A DNA stretch of 64,000 nt from Takakia lepidozioides (GCA_030704615.1 CM060733.1:32488001-32552000); one strand, 5' to 3'; positions 13,680 through 26,120 are shown, counted from the stretch's first letter. The notes: generated by a model not told the origin, from the sequence alone. Numbers and translations: made by a program.

Positions 13680-14500
13680 CCTACACCGCTGTATTTACCA
13701 CCTCCCTTCGGGTTAGACATGGTCTTCCGCATCCCTCTGTGTTATAACTACAACGGGGTGTTTGTCGCCATCCTATCGACCCACTTGGTGTCCATCTTCT
13801 TCGTTGCTGTTGCGGCAGAGAACGCACTGCGACTCATGACGTGTCCACGATGCAGTAGCTGCGGTTGCTCGTGATGCAGGGGTTCATGTCCTTCAAGAGC
13901 AGATGCACGTACTTCCAGCCCATTCCACACGACAGTGCGTTGACCTTGTTATCTCTCACGACGGGCTGCGTACATTGGCGGCCGTGGTCATCACTGATCC
14001 TACTAAGGCAGACCTCCTTCCATGCACAGCCTCATCACATGGAGTTGCTGCTTCAGTAGCCGCACATGGGAAGGAGCGCGACTATCGGGAACGTCACCCC
14101 ACTTTGGCAGTCGAGATCTTCGGTTGTTTGCATCATCAGTTCAACAACTTCCTTCGTACATGTGCCCATCGCGCAGTTGAAAACAAAAGCCTTGGAAGCC
14201 CATACGTCTCTGTTCTTATAGCTTTCTTTAGACAACGAGTCTCTGTTGCTTTACAAAAGGCTCAAGCTTTATCCATTTTGCTTCGGGCAGAGGTTGCCGG
14301 GGCGGCTTCATCTCGCCTCCCGGCACTTTCTGACCCACCCTCTTTCGTGTTGTATGACCTTCTTCAGGCAGTAGGTGATGATACTACAACAGATTGACTT
14401 CTGTTTATCATTATATCTAGCTCTATGAGATTTTGCTTCTCCTTCTCGGGATAGTTTTACCCATTTTGTTACACTCACTCCACTTGGGTCTTTTTATAAA
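13680..14500 (+). mobile_element. 3' fragment of a CRE-like non-LTR retrotransposon with a restriction-like endonuclease (RLE)
   Basis: Translates as LRVRHGLPHP...CRHPIDPLGVHLLRCCCGRERTATHD (C..C/H/C knuckle plus RHD-like motif), then VVITDPT...AASVAAHGKERDYRERHPTLAVEIFG...FRQRVSVALQKAQALSIL. This matches the C-terminal RLE region of CRE-clade elements. Confidence 0.7.
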
Positions 14501-14946
14501 GCTATACACGAATCCTAATACCAAGAGCGAACAATGAAAACTATGTTTGTGGTTGGATTGACCCATTGATTAAAAAATGGCTCAACTTCAATGTTGATGA
14601 GTAAACACTCGGTATCTAAGTAGACACCCGGCCCTGAACAACTGGACTTCACTGTTTCCGTCATTCCAGTAATTTGAAAGCCAGTGCGAGATTGGACGGC
14701 ACCAAAAATGTTCCCGATCTTACACGAAGGATGATAGAAACAGCAGCGAACTTGGTGTTGTCCACACAACAATTTCAGAAGCCAAAAAGCGCTAAGTTGA
14801 GTGTGACCTGAGACGTTGTGATCTCCTGCCCGAACATGGCGAAGCGCAGGATTGCCACACCACCAAAGACCAGCGTACACAACACAAAACCGCACCCCCA
14901 ACCTCTGAAGGGAACAACTGTGCGGCATGGCTGATACTCTTTCCTC

Positions 14947-17900
14947 ATGGCGACAGCGGGGACTGCAGCCCACCGTGTTGAGCTCCGGTGCGCTATTCGC
15001 CATCTTCGGGACCGAGGCCTGCACACTGCCGCCAAATGGTAAGTCTCCTCCGTTTTTCTGGATTTTGTGAATCTTGCCTTGACAAACGATATTTAAAGGG
15101 GGTGGTTATTGCAGGGCTGCCGAGCAGTTAGTTGGCCTTCCTGAAGAAGCAAGTGGCTGTGCTGGTCCATCGCCAGCTGCTTATGCAGAGTCTGAAAAGG
15201 AAAAGCTAAAGAGACCTTCGAGACGCAAAGACACTGGTATACAACCTGGATCTGGATATGTGCGAGAGGATGAAGAGGAAGTTGATGATGATGTCTTGTT
15301 ACTCGCAAAATCCTTTTTCGACATGCGAGAATACAGGCGAGCGGCCCATGCGCTGCGTGGGTTGCTTGGCAAGAAAGCTTTCTTTCTGCGATGCTATGCC
15401 ACATACTTGGTACAGTGTCTTTCTGACTTGGCTTGGATCATCAAACTATAGGATGTCCAGTTTTGTCACTCTTGGTCTCAGGGCTCTCCACCATTTTGTC
15501 AGTTAAAAGGTTACTGAAATAATTCTTTCAGGTTTTGATAACTTCTAGTAGCTGCCTTCCTTTGGGTTTTCTTGTATGCTTTTATGGTGGGAGGGAAGGT
15601 TGAGGTTTAGTTTCAAAGGGGTTCAGGGTTTAGGGTTTCTGGCAGGGCACTAACCAGGAATGCACAAGCAGTTGCAAAGTCTCAGGGTCTGTGGATACAG
15701 TTATGCTGGAGGGCAGTGGCATGAGATTCAAAGGCGTGTGATCTACGAATGTAGTAAAGAGTAGACGGAGGAAGTCTGATGTTTTTGCAAGAAAGCCTGA
15801 GTTGGGTGATTGACAACCCTGGTTTCCTGTCTTGTCTTCGGAAGACTGATTGTGCTGATTGTAAATGATCCAGGCAGGGGAGAAGAGAAAGGAGGAGGAG
15901 ATAATTGAGTTGGCAGGGCCCTTGGGGAGGAGTGATGCTGTGAATCCAGAGCTTGTTGGGCTGGAACAAGAGCTCTCTGCCCTCTACACAAAGGGGACAT
16001 TGGATGCTTTTGGGAGCTATCTATATGGTGTCGTCTTGCATGAGCGAGAGAGAAAGGCTGAAGCCCGTACAGTGCTTTGCGCATCGGTGAATGCCTACCC
16101 TTGGAACTGGAGTGCGTGGCTCGAACTGCAGGTTAGGATTCTCCCTTGGGGTCTGTTGGCTACATCTGTCCAATATGAGGGAAGTGGAAGGAGGGAAGAG
16201 GGAGATGAGTTCTATTGGCTGGTGGCAAATTACACCACAGGGGTTTATACAGCTGGAGAAGCCTTGTACTAATCTGTAATGGTGCTCTAGGTCGGGCAAC
16301 AGAGTTTTTGGTATCCATTTTCCGTGTTTGTGTCATTGCTAGCTCAACTGTGGTAACCACAATCTCTCTGTGGTGGGGTTACTCATCTAGATTGCTTTAC
16401 CCTATGCCCTGAGAGACTGCTTTATGCCTTTGTCTTATTCCCATTGCTGCAGGCTCTTTGCACAGATCTCGACATACTGCCTACATTGAATTTGAACGAT
16501 CACTGGATGCGGGATTTCTTTGTGGCTAGTGTTTACCTTGATCTGCAGCGGAACTCTGATGGATTGGCACGATATCGGGCATTATATGTTGTATTCCCCC
16601 GTAGTGACCATATCCTGGCCCAGACAGCAACTGCCCACTATAACCTACGGGAATTTGATGAAGCAGAGGGGTTGTTTGAAGAGCTTCTTCGGACCGATCC
16701 ATACCGCATTGATGGTGATCATGCACGACCTTCTCTGTGCTTCATAGTAGGTAGAGCTGTACGTGAATGTTGCAATACCAAGTTTTGGCATTTTAGGGAC
16801 ATTTATTTGTGTGACTAGAACAGGTTCTTCAATTTCTGTACTGTGGTGTTATCTTTTCATTTGTTGCTATGGTACATCTTGTGAGCCATTGGATGTAGAT
16901 CAAACGATTCAGTTGAGTGAACTGTTTTTTAGACAAAACCTTCTCCTCGATGTACTTATCCAGGCATGGACACCTACTCCAACATTCTGTACGTGAAGGA
17001 GTGTTTTGCGGCACTGAGCCACCTGGCACACAAATCTGTACTCACAGACAAGTACAGACCTGAAACCTGTTGCATCATTGGAAACTACTACAGCTTGAAA
17101 GCGCAGCATGAGAAGGCCGTCCTATACTTCAAGCGTGCTCTGAGACTCAACCGGAAATATCTCTCTGCATGGACGCTTATGGGCCATGAATATGTGGAGA
17201 TGAAAAACACGCCAGCTGCAATTGACGCGTATCGACGGGCTGTGGATATTAACCCCCGGGACTATCGAGCCTGGTATGGGCTTGGGCAGACATATGAAAT
17301 ATTATTGATGCCCTATTATGCTCTCTACTATTATCGGCGAGCAACCCAGTTAAGACCTCATGATGCCCGAATGTGGTGTGCTATGGGACAATGTTATGAA
17401 AATGAGCAACTGCAGATGCACGATTCTGCAATTCGATGTTACAGACGGGCAGTGAGTAACAATGACAGAGAGGGTATTGCTCTCCATAAGCTGGCAAAAT
17501 TGCACGAGAGCTTAGGACAGGCTGAGCAGGCTGCATTCTACTACAGGAAAAACTTGGAGAGGATGGAAGCCGATCAGAATGAAGGGCAAGATATTGTAGA
17601 CGCACTGCTTTTCTTGGGAAATTATTGCAAGAACAAGGGCTCCCTGGATGAGGCTGAGAGCTTCTGCACACGACTGCTGGATTATGGTGGCCCTGTAAGC
17701 TCTCTCTGTCTCTGTCTCTCTCTCTTCCCAGAGTGCAATTGCCTGTTGTGTGGGCAACCCGAAGACAATATTCATTTCCTGATTCACTGTCCGGGGTTCT
17801 CTCACCAGAGAGACGCCTCTCCTCAAATCTATCAAGGGAATTGTGCCTGTACCTCTGTTTACCAACGTTGAAAGTCTCGAGGCTGAGCCAAAAGCCCAGG

Positions 17901-18487
17901 CCCTTCTGGGGCCTAGTTATTGGGCAAACCACACACAGCAGATTGATGCTTGTGTGAAGGGTTTTCTAGAGGATATCTGGAAAACCTGGATCAATGTTTT
18001 ATACCAAGGTCAGTCTTACTACCGATGTTAGCCCCTGACAGAGGTAGGTTCTGTCCCTTTGTGTTCCGCTCAAAGTGGGCGCGGGGTCAATGGCCACAAG
18101 GCTACGGCAAACGACGTCTTATGAGTACATTCTCTCCCCAGAGTGACGGGCATGTCATTTCTGTGGTAAGCATAGGGCTGTAAAATAAAACCAGTAAGCC
18201 TGCAACCGGGCTGTCAAGTTTGCATGGGAACAACAAATGCCTCTGTGAGCACCTTAATGGCAGTTGTGAGAAAATTAGTTTATATTTGTAGCTGAGCTGT
18301 GGGGATAAACTAAACCCTGGTGGGTGCAAACCCCACAAAAGGCTAATCTTGGATTCTGGGCTGAAACTTGAAAGTCTTGTTGGTGCAGGCCAAGGAGGAT
18401 GCCAAAGCTCTACTTCGAGAGATTCGGAGTGTGCAGCAACACGCATTAAATCCACCATCCATGGATCTTGAACAATTTACCCCCTGA
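14947..18487 (+). CDS. APC8: Anaphase-promoting complex subunit 8 (CDC23). Exons 14947-15038, 15115-15409, 15874-16131, 16453-16714, 16964-17694, 18389-18487
   Basis: [106 protein letters not shown] repeats, C-terminus [13 protein letters not shown] introns are in compatible phases. Confidence 0.97.
17736..18136 (+). mobile_element. 5'-truncated non-LTR retroelement 3' end with a (TC)n tail, in APC8 intron 5
   Basis: Encodes [20 protein letters not shown] (LINE C-terminal zinc knuckle). Highly similar to 56019-56452. Flanked by the duplicated sequence CCCAGAGTG (17727-17735 and 18137-18145). Confidence 0.85.
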
Positions 18488-19619
18488 CCCTTCTTCCTCT
18501 TGATCCAGTTTTAATTCAAAAGAGGGTAACAAGCCCTGAGGACCTGAGGCCGTTAAGTGGTAAGCTTTAGTAAGCTTTGCATTCTGTCAACTAGTTGTCC
18601 TCTCTATCATCCAGATGGGCTCTTCAACAGTCCCTCAAGAGCATATAGCAAGTCATTGTTACTGCAAGGAAAATAAAATTTTCCTCATTTCAGTCTTTTG
18701 GTTACAAGTTACAACCCATACTGATGGATCCTGTTGGTCAGCAGTGGTGCTCAAGTGGAGAAATCTAGATCCCAGCTACTAGTATGCATACCCCTATGAG
18801 TTACCCTGTACTCTCTTCGAATGTGTGGCAACCATTGGTCTGGTGAGCGGACTTGTCATTGAATATTAATAATGCTGGAAATCCTTTTATCTCAAGCTTC
18901 TGAGGTTGGACTCTCGAAAGCTGCACCCAAAGCTTTCTCCATGAAGTGCCCTGCCTTCCTGTCTCTCTCTTTTCCGTGGTTCATGACACTATCTTGGGAT
19001 GGATGGATCTTGGGGTGGGTCTTTGCAACCCTGATTGCAGTAGTGGCCCCCTCCTCCTGCCCTCTTACTGTACCGTCTTTGCCAGGATGTGCCCAGTGTG
19101 GGTGCTACACAAGCCTAACGCCCCCTTACAGTTGATAAAGCCCTGATCACACTGGTCTACATTAATTTAGGTGAGTGCACCGCTGGCATTTGAGAAGCCT
19201 GTGGAATCTGGATCTGCAAACTGAGCTCTCAACACAGTGTCTAGCTAAGTATGGCAAGAGTTGTGTTTGCATACATGCACCCTCACCTTCCTGTCTCCAT
19301 GCAGCCTGTGACCAGAAGGCAAGGGCCCCACTGACAAGCTTCCGAGGTGCCAGAGCCTCCGAGGCTGGTGTTCTTCCAGCATCCCATGCATACAATGCAA
19401 CAGTCGATGCTTGCATGCTCTGATGGCTCACTCACGGCCTGGTTTGCCCGGGAAACCAGCCGTTGATGCAGCCTGCCTTTACTCCAGCTGGCGATTATCA
19501 GTTTGGAGCTCCCGGGCTTGTACTCCCCCCTGCAATTGAGTCGGATTCTGTGACTCAGCGGCTCGAGACGGCACTGCAGCAGCGGGCTCGAAATCCAAGG
19601 AGGTAGCTGTGGTAGGTCC

Positions 19620-20540
19620 CGGTGCAGAGAAAACGAGCATCAGAATCTTTGGAATGAGGAAATAGTGAGGTTTCTGTTTGAGACTTATGATATCGTGAAT
19701 CATAATCTATGGCTTGCTTTTAAGGACAAGGTCAAGAATCAGAAGAAATGGGAAACAATTCTGAACATAATGCGCGAGAAGTTTGGGCGAGTTTTCACCA
19801 AGAAACAGTGTGAATGCAAGTATGGGAGTGTGAAGCGAGATTGTATGCGACATTTCAATCTCTTCAACAGGCCTGAGCAAACTGTGCCTCCAACCGATCC
19901 TGCCCATGGCAGGGAGCTCATACAGCCGAGATGCTATGAAATCTGGATGGAATTTTGTGGCAAGAACGCACCGGCCACAGCAAATTCTGAGGACGAGGGC
20001 TCATCGGCTTCAGGTTCTTCACACCAATGTTGAAGAAATGAGCGAGGGAGAAGACGAAGATTACGAGGAGAGGCAGGGACCTCGTCAGTGGGGTATGGCT
20101 GAAGAGCTGCCAGGTCCTCCGAGGGGTGTGCCCCGTAGCCCCTCCCACAGACTGCATCAGAGAGAGAGACACATGGACTCCTTCCAGGGGCCACCTTCAG
20201 AGGTGATGCTAGCGGGGGACGAACTCTTCATGGATCCTCAGCGCAAGGGAAAAAGAAAGAACAACACAGAGCCAGGTTAATAGGATCTTCCGAACGAAGA
20301 GAGCAAATGGCTCACAAGCGTCCCGCAATACTTAAGCAGTTGAGAAGTCAGCACATGGCGTGGATGGATCGGCGGGCCCCTGAAATGTTAGAGCTTAATA
20401 AGTTTCAGGTAGACATGCTGCAGGATCATGATCACAAATTTGAGAATCTTATGGGGGAACTGTCGGATCTAACGCACAGCATCACTTTATTGGCTGATAG
20501 GCTGAAACCTGTACTGGAAAGGTGGGATTTGGGTTTACTG
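19620..20540 (+). pseudogene. Myb/SANT-like (trihelix/MADF-type) DNA-binding protein with acidic linker and coiled coil, interrupted by frameshifts. Possibly a PIF/Harbinger ORF1 derivative
   Basis: NLWNEEIVRFLFETY...KKWETILNIMREKFGRVFTKKQCECKYGSVKRD matches the W..E....L / KW..I...M......T..QC..K pattern. It continues in shifted frames (19906-20280, 20307-20702). Confidence 0.6.
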
Positions 20541-21084
20541 ATTGGGGCCACCTGTATATATTTCGGTAATTACATCAGTACTGTGTGTTCGTACGTTCTA
20601 CCTCCAACTAACATGAGTGTCATGACGCCGATGGTGCCATCGGGTACCAAGTGTGTACCTGGGAAACGTAGTGGAATTCTGATTGATCAACTCCCATGTT
20701 AGGAAGGCTAACGGCTGATAAGATTCGTGGGCATGATGAAGGACATTGTCCAGGATCATTTAAGTATAATTATCTCATACAAGAGAAAACGTAATGCCTC
20801 CATGGCTCAGAATTTCCCCAGTGGGCCAGCTGGGGCTGGTGTTTCCTTGCAAACCAAAAAGAAAAAGAAAAAAAGCCTTCATATATGTAGCCGCCTGCTA
20901 GTTCTCGACTTTCCCACTTGTCTTAATTTTGGGTAACAGTTGAAGAAGAAGCCTGAGCTTCGAGAAAAAAAACTACGCACGGTCTCTTCCTGAGCAAAAG
21001 TAGGATGCGGGTCTTTTCGCTAGAGTGTGCAAGGTACTTGGGAGGGTTGAGACTGGCTGCTCAGCTGCTCCCTGCTCGTCCTCA

Positions 21085-21658
21085 CAGACCACTTCAAATT
21101 CTCCAGACTAGAGACGTAAGCATGTTTTGCATCCGTGTAAGTTTGGACATGTTCGTATGTTCCTCATTGTGTAGAGTGCAAAGGAGCCCAAAGTGACTTG
21201 CATGAATGTTGTGGAAAGCTCACTAGCACTCCTCTATAAGGGAACTTCAAAATGTTGATGCTGTTGGATTTTGGGCGCAAAGGTCTACGGTGGAGCATGG
21301 AGCGCTGTCATGGGTTTTTTAAAGATCCTTCACAATGGTGGGGCAACCGCAATTGCAAGGTGTGGCTTTCTTGATGTACGAAGTGAAGAAGTTTGTCTCT
21401 TCTGATCTTCCTGTGAGTATCATGATTTGGTGTTTTTCCTGGTGTTTACGAGGTACTTGGGTGGGTCAGCTTGGTCTTATGAGGCCGTTTTGAAATCTAT
21501 GGCTGCTCAGCTGTGCCGTTGTGGTTCTCACAGACCAATCCGGACTAAAGACACAGGCAGCACACACAAGAGGTCCTTTTGGGTTGATGGTAGGTGGAAT
21601 CCTCCGTGGGTGAAAGAAAAGCTAGCTGCTTTCATGACACAAGGTCAAAGACAATGTG
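21085..21658 (+). pseudogene. Degenerate upstream PDF-motif (OSB-type) exons of the first PPR locus
   Basis: 21297-21359 reads MERCHGFFKDPSQWWGNRNCK followed by a GT donor. 21534-21658 reads TNPD*RHRQHTQEVL, frameshift, WVDGRWNPPWVKEKLAA, with a phase-1 donor at 21659. A further half-motif (SPD*R) lies near 21088. Confidence 0.65.
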
Positions 21659-21799
21659 GTGAGGGCAACACATTTCACCCTGTTTCGCCCTCTTATCAGA
21701 GTCGTCCCTATTCTCATGTTGAATTCTGGAAGGTAGCTCGGTGGGCGGATCTATGGTGGTTTGGAGTGACTTTGACTTGTTCTGCCAATGTGGCAACAG

Positions 21800-24569
21800 G
21801 GAAGTATCCAAAAACAGATAACAGAGACGAGGAGAAGCTTTGGAAGGAATGCTTTATGGACCCCAGTCAACGGTGGGACAATCGAGGCACAAAGGTAAAT
21901 ATCTGTCAGAGTGTAGAGAGAAGTAGACAACAAGATGCATCGCAAAGCTTTCTTGGAAATCGTCATCCCCTCTCTCCCAAAGGTTGTCATTTTCAGCTCC
22001 TAGCAGTGAGGGAGGAGGGTCCATGCATGATTGGTGCAGAGGTAGGTAGGTTTGGGTTGTTTGCCAGAACAAATCTAGGCTGTCATTGTCAGCTGCTAGC
22101 AGGGAGGCAAGCAGGATCTATACATGATGGTGCAGAGGCAGGGATAGCTGAAGTGGATTGTGGGTCCAGATTCATCCAAGAGGGCTGGAATTCAAGCACA
22201 AAATTGCCTATGATACCCTGTGGGTTGATAGCTACGAGAAACCTGCATGGGTAGATGGTCAACTGGAAGCAGCAGCGGTGCAGTTGATAAAATCAGGCAC
22301 CTCGACCATGACCACAGCTTCTTCAAGAGGACCAAGGGAAGGAGTCCACAGTGCCTCTTCTGGCACTTCTGGGCATGTGAGGATGCTATGTGAGGCAGGG
22401 CGACTGAAAGAGGCTCTACAGACTTTAAACCAAGGATGCATTTCAGCAGACTCAGATACTTATGTGTGTCTCTTGCATAAGTGCATCAAGATGAAAGGCC
22501 TGGAAGCTGGAAAGCAGGTGCATGCTCACATTATCCAAAGTGGATTCAAGCCAAACATTTTTCTACACAACACCCTTGTCAACATGTATGTTAAATGCGG
22601 GAGCATCGTGGATGCTCACCAAGTGTTCAATAGAATGCCTGAACGAGGTTTGATCACATGGAATATAATGTTGGCAGGATTTACCAAGCATGGGTATGGT
22701 AGGAATGCCTTGGAGACATATGAGCAAATGATGCAGGAAGGGGTGAAGCCCAACCACATCACGTTTGTTTGCGTTTGCAATGCATGTGCGGGTGTGTCAG
22801 GCCTGGAAAAGGCCAAAGAGGTCCATGGTGATATTGTCAAAGCTGGAATTGTACTGGATGTCATTTTGAACAATACCCTCGTGGACATGTATGCCAAATG
22901 CGGGAGCATCCAGGATGCAAAGGGAGTGTTCGACCATATGGCCAAACGAGATGTTGTGTCCTGGAATGCTATGATTGCAGGATATGTGCAGCATGGGTGT
23001 GGGATGGAGGCTTTGGAGACCTATGAGCAAATGATGCAGGAAGAAGTGAAGCCCAACCGCATCACGTTCGTTTCCGTTTGCAATGCATGTGCGAGCCTGG
23101 CAGCCCTGGAAAAGGGCAAAGATCTCCATGGTCACATCGTCAAAGCTGGAATTGTACCAGATGTCAATCTGAACAATACCCTCGTGGACATGTATGCCAA
23201 ATGTGGGTGCATCCAAGATGCAAAGCGAGTATTCGACAATATGGCTGCACGAGATGTGGTGTCATGGAACGCAATGATCACAGGATATGTACGGCAGGGG
23301 TGCAGGATGGAGGCTTTGGAGACCTATGAGCAAATGATGCGGGAAGGGGTGAAGCCCAACCGGGTCACGTTCATTTGCATTTGCAATGCATGTGCGAGCC
23401 TGGCAGCCCTGGAAAAGGGCAAAGAGGTCCATGGTGACATCATCAAAGCTGGAATGGCACCAGATGTCATCCTGAAAACTGCCCTGGTGGACATGTATGC
23501 CAAAGGTGGAAGCATAGAGGATGCGAAGGGAGTGTTCAACGATATGGCTGAAAGAAATGTGGTGTCGTGGAATGCGATGATCACAGGATATGCCCAGCAT
23601 GGGTTTGCAATGGAGGCTTTGGAGACGTACGAACAAATGATGCAGGAAGGGGTGACGCCCAACCGGGTCACGTTCATTTGTGTTTGCAATGTGTGTGCGA
23701 GCCTGGCAACCCTGGAAAAGGGCAGAAAGGTCCATGGTGACATCATCAAAGCTGGAATTGTACCAGATGTCATTCTGAACAATGCCCTCGTGGACATGTA
23801 CGCCAAAGGTGGGAGTATCGAGGATGCAAAGGGAGTGTTTGATGATATGGCCGAGCGAGATGTGGTGTCCTGGAGTTCGATGATTGCAGGATATACCCAG
23901 CATGGGTGTGGGATGGATGCTTTGGAGACGTATGAGCAAATGATGTGGGAAGGGGTGAAGCCCAACCGGGTGACATTCATATGCATTTGCAATGCGTGCG
24001 CAAGCCTGGCAGCCCTGGGAAAGGCCAAAGAGGTCCAAGGTGACATCATCAGAGCGGGAATTGTGCCAGATGTCATTCTGAATTCTGCCCTGGTGGACAT
24101 GTATGCCAAATGCGGCAGCATCGAGGATGCAAAAGGAGTGTTTGACCATATGGCTGACCGAAATGTGGTGGCGTGGAACGCAATGATCGCAGGATATTCG
24201 CAGCATGGTTGTCATAGGGAGGCCGTCCAACTATTTGAAGTAATGCAAAAGGAAGGCTTGAAGCCGGATAGTATCACCTTTATTTGTGTTCTCTCTGCAT
24301 GCAGCCACGTCGGCCTACTGAATGAAGGAAGACGCTACTTTGATTCCCTGAGTCAGGATCATGGTGTCATTCTGACAGTAAAGCACTTTAGCTGCATGGT
24401 GGACCTTCTTGGACGTGCAGGGCAATTGGATGAGGCAGAGGACCTCATTAATAAAATGCCAATCAAACCAGATGCTGTGGTGTGGAAGGCCTTGCTTGGT
24501 GCTTGCAGAATCCACGGCAATGTCGAGATGGCTGAACGTGTGGCAACATCTATTTCTCAACTGGGATGA
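21800..24569 (+). CDS. PDF-motif plus PLS-class PPR protein (exon 21800-21894 spliced to exon 22170-24569). Truncated in E1 by a frameshift, possibly a young pseudogene
   Basis: Exon EEKLWKECFMDPSQRWDNRGTK, phase-0 GT..AG intron, then IHPRGLEFKHK...LWVD...PAWVDGQL, a linker, and about 20 P/L/S motifs ending in P2-L2-S2-E1. Confidence 0.85.
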
Positions 24570-24900
24570 ACTGGATGCTGTGACTTATGTGTTGCTATCA
24601 AACATCTATGCCGCAGCTGGCAGGTGGCACGATACTGCAAAGGTGAGAAAAATGACGAAGGTCAGAGAGGTTAGGAAGGAATGCTGCATTAAGATTGGCA
24701 ACTGGCTACACACCTTTGTTGTAGATGAGAAATTGTATCCCAAAATGTATGCTGAGCTGAGAAGATACTCTGGGCAAATGAAGGAGGCAGCTTATGTGCC
24801 TGACATGTGCTTTGTATTGCATGCTGTTGGGGAGGAGCAGAAGGAATTTTCTCTTTGCTACCGCAGTGAGAAGCTTGCCATTGGTTTTGGACACCTTGGC
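24570..24900 (+). pseudogene. Out-of-frame E2 and decayed, truncated DYW remnant of the preceding PPR gene
   Basis: YVLLSNIYAAAGRW...HTFVVD...YVPD...LCYRSEKLAIGFG. The zinc-binding His is replaced by Arg and the sequence breaks off before CxxC. Confidence 0.85.
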
Positions 24901-25004
24901 CATTGGCTGGATGCCTTGAGACAAGTGCAGCATGTTTGAGCCTCGCGATGACTTTTGCCTCCTTGGACCAAATAAGGGAGGCAATCTAAATACGCAGCAC
25001 GTGA

Positions 25005-25307
25005 TGACTTGCGTCTGCTTCCAACAGGCACTCACCTTTTTGCCTCGATTGTTCCACCATTGACTGAAGTAATCTTGTGTGTGATAAGTAGGGTTGGGGT
25101 GCTTGCTGGAACAATTCTAGGCTGTCATTGTCAGCTGCGTTTTGGAGTGATTTTGACATGTTACTGCCAATGTGGCAACAGGAAAGTATCGAAAATCAGA
25201 TAACAGAGATGAGGAGAAGCTCTGGAATGAATACGTTTTCGATCCCAGTCAATGGTGGAACAATCAAGGCAAAAAGGTGAGTGCCTGTTGGAAGCACACG
25301 CAAGTCA
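25005..25307. repeat. 62-bp inverted repeat (25005-25066 versus 25246-25307, 2 mismatches)
   Basis: TGACTTGCGTCTGCTTCCAACAGG...CCATTGACTG is the reverse complement of the PDF exon end and splice donor at 25246-25307. Confidence 0.9.
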
Positions 25308-26120
25308 GCATAGGAACTAGTGTGATAAGTAGGGTTGGGTGCTTGCTGGAACAATTCTAGGCTGTCATTGTCAGCTGCTAGCAGCAAGGCCGAGATGTAT
25401 GCATGATTTGTCAACTGGAAGCCGCAGCAGCAGCGGCACAATTGATAAAGTCAGGCACTGCTAATCAAGGCACTTTCTTCAACACATTTCACCCTGTTTT
25501 TACCTCTTATCAGAATCGGCCCTAAATTTTCATGTTGAATTCTGCAAGTTAGCTGGTTGAGTGAACCTTTGATAGTTTGGAGTGACTGACATGATACTGC
25601 CAATGTGACAACAAGTATCCAGAAACAGGTAACAGAGACGAGGAGAAGCTGTGGACGCAATTCAGCATAGGAACTAGTGTGATAAGCTGAGTTGGGTGTT
25701 TCCTAGAACAAATCTAGGCTGTCATTGTCAGCTGCTAGCAGCAAGGCAAGGATGAATGCATGATTTGTGCAGAGGCATGGATAGCTGAAGGAGCAGGGAT
25801 AGAGTGTGGGTCCAGATTCTTCCAAGAGGGCCAGATTTCAAGCACAAGATTACCTATGATTCCCTGTGGATCAATAGCTACAAGAAACCTGCATGGGTAG
25901 ATGGTCAACTAAAGGCAGCAGCTGCAGCGGCACGGTTGATAAAATCAGGCACCTCAACGATGACCACAGCTTCTGAAAGAGGATGAAGAGAGGGAGTCCA
26001 CAATGCCTCTTCTGGCACTTCTGCGCATGTGAAGATGCTTTGTGAGGCAGGCAGACTGACAGAAGCTCTACAGACTTAAAACCAAGGAGGCATTTCAGCA
26101 ATCTATGTCTGTCTCTTGAT
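25180..26120 (+). pseudogene. Second, truncated PDF-PPR unit
   Basis: EEKLWNEYVFDPSQWWNNQGKK followed by GTGAGT (exon ends 25276). From 25816: ILPRGPDFKHKITYDSLWINSYKKPAWVDGQL...KSGTSTMTTASERG*, then LCEAGRLTEALQT* and loss of similarity. Confidence 0.85.

Noticed and set aside
16966-17871. APC8 ORF apparently extended by a Cys/His-rich tail
   Set aside because: The tail is read-through past the donor at 17695 into an intronic LINE fragment. The real last exon is 18389-18487.
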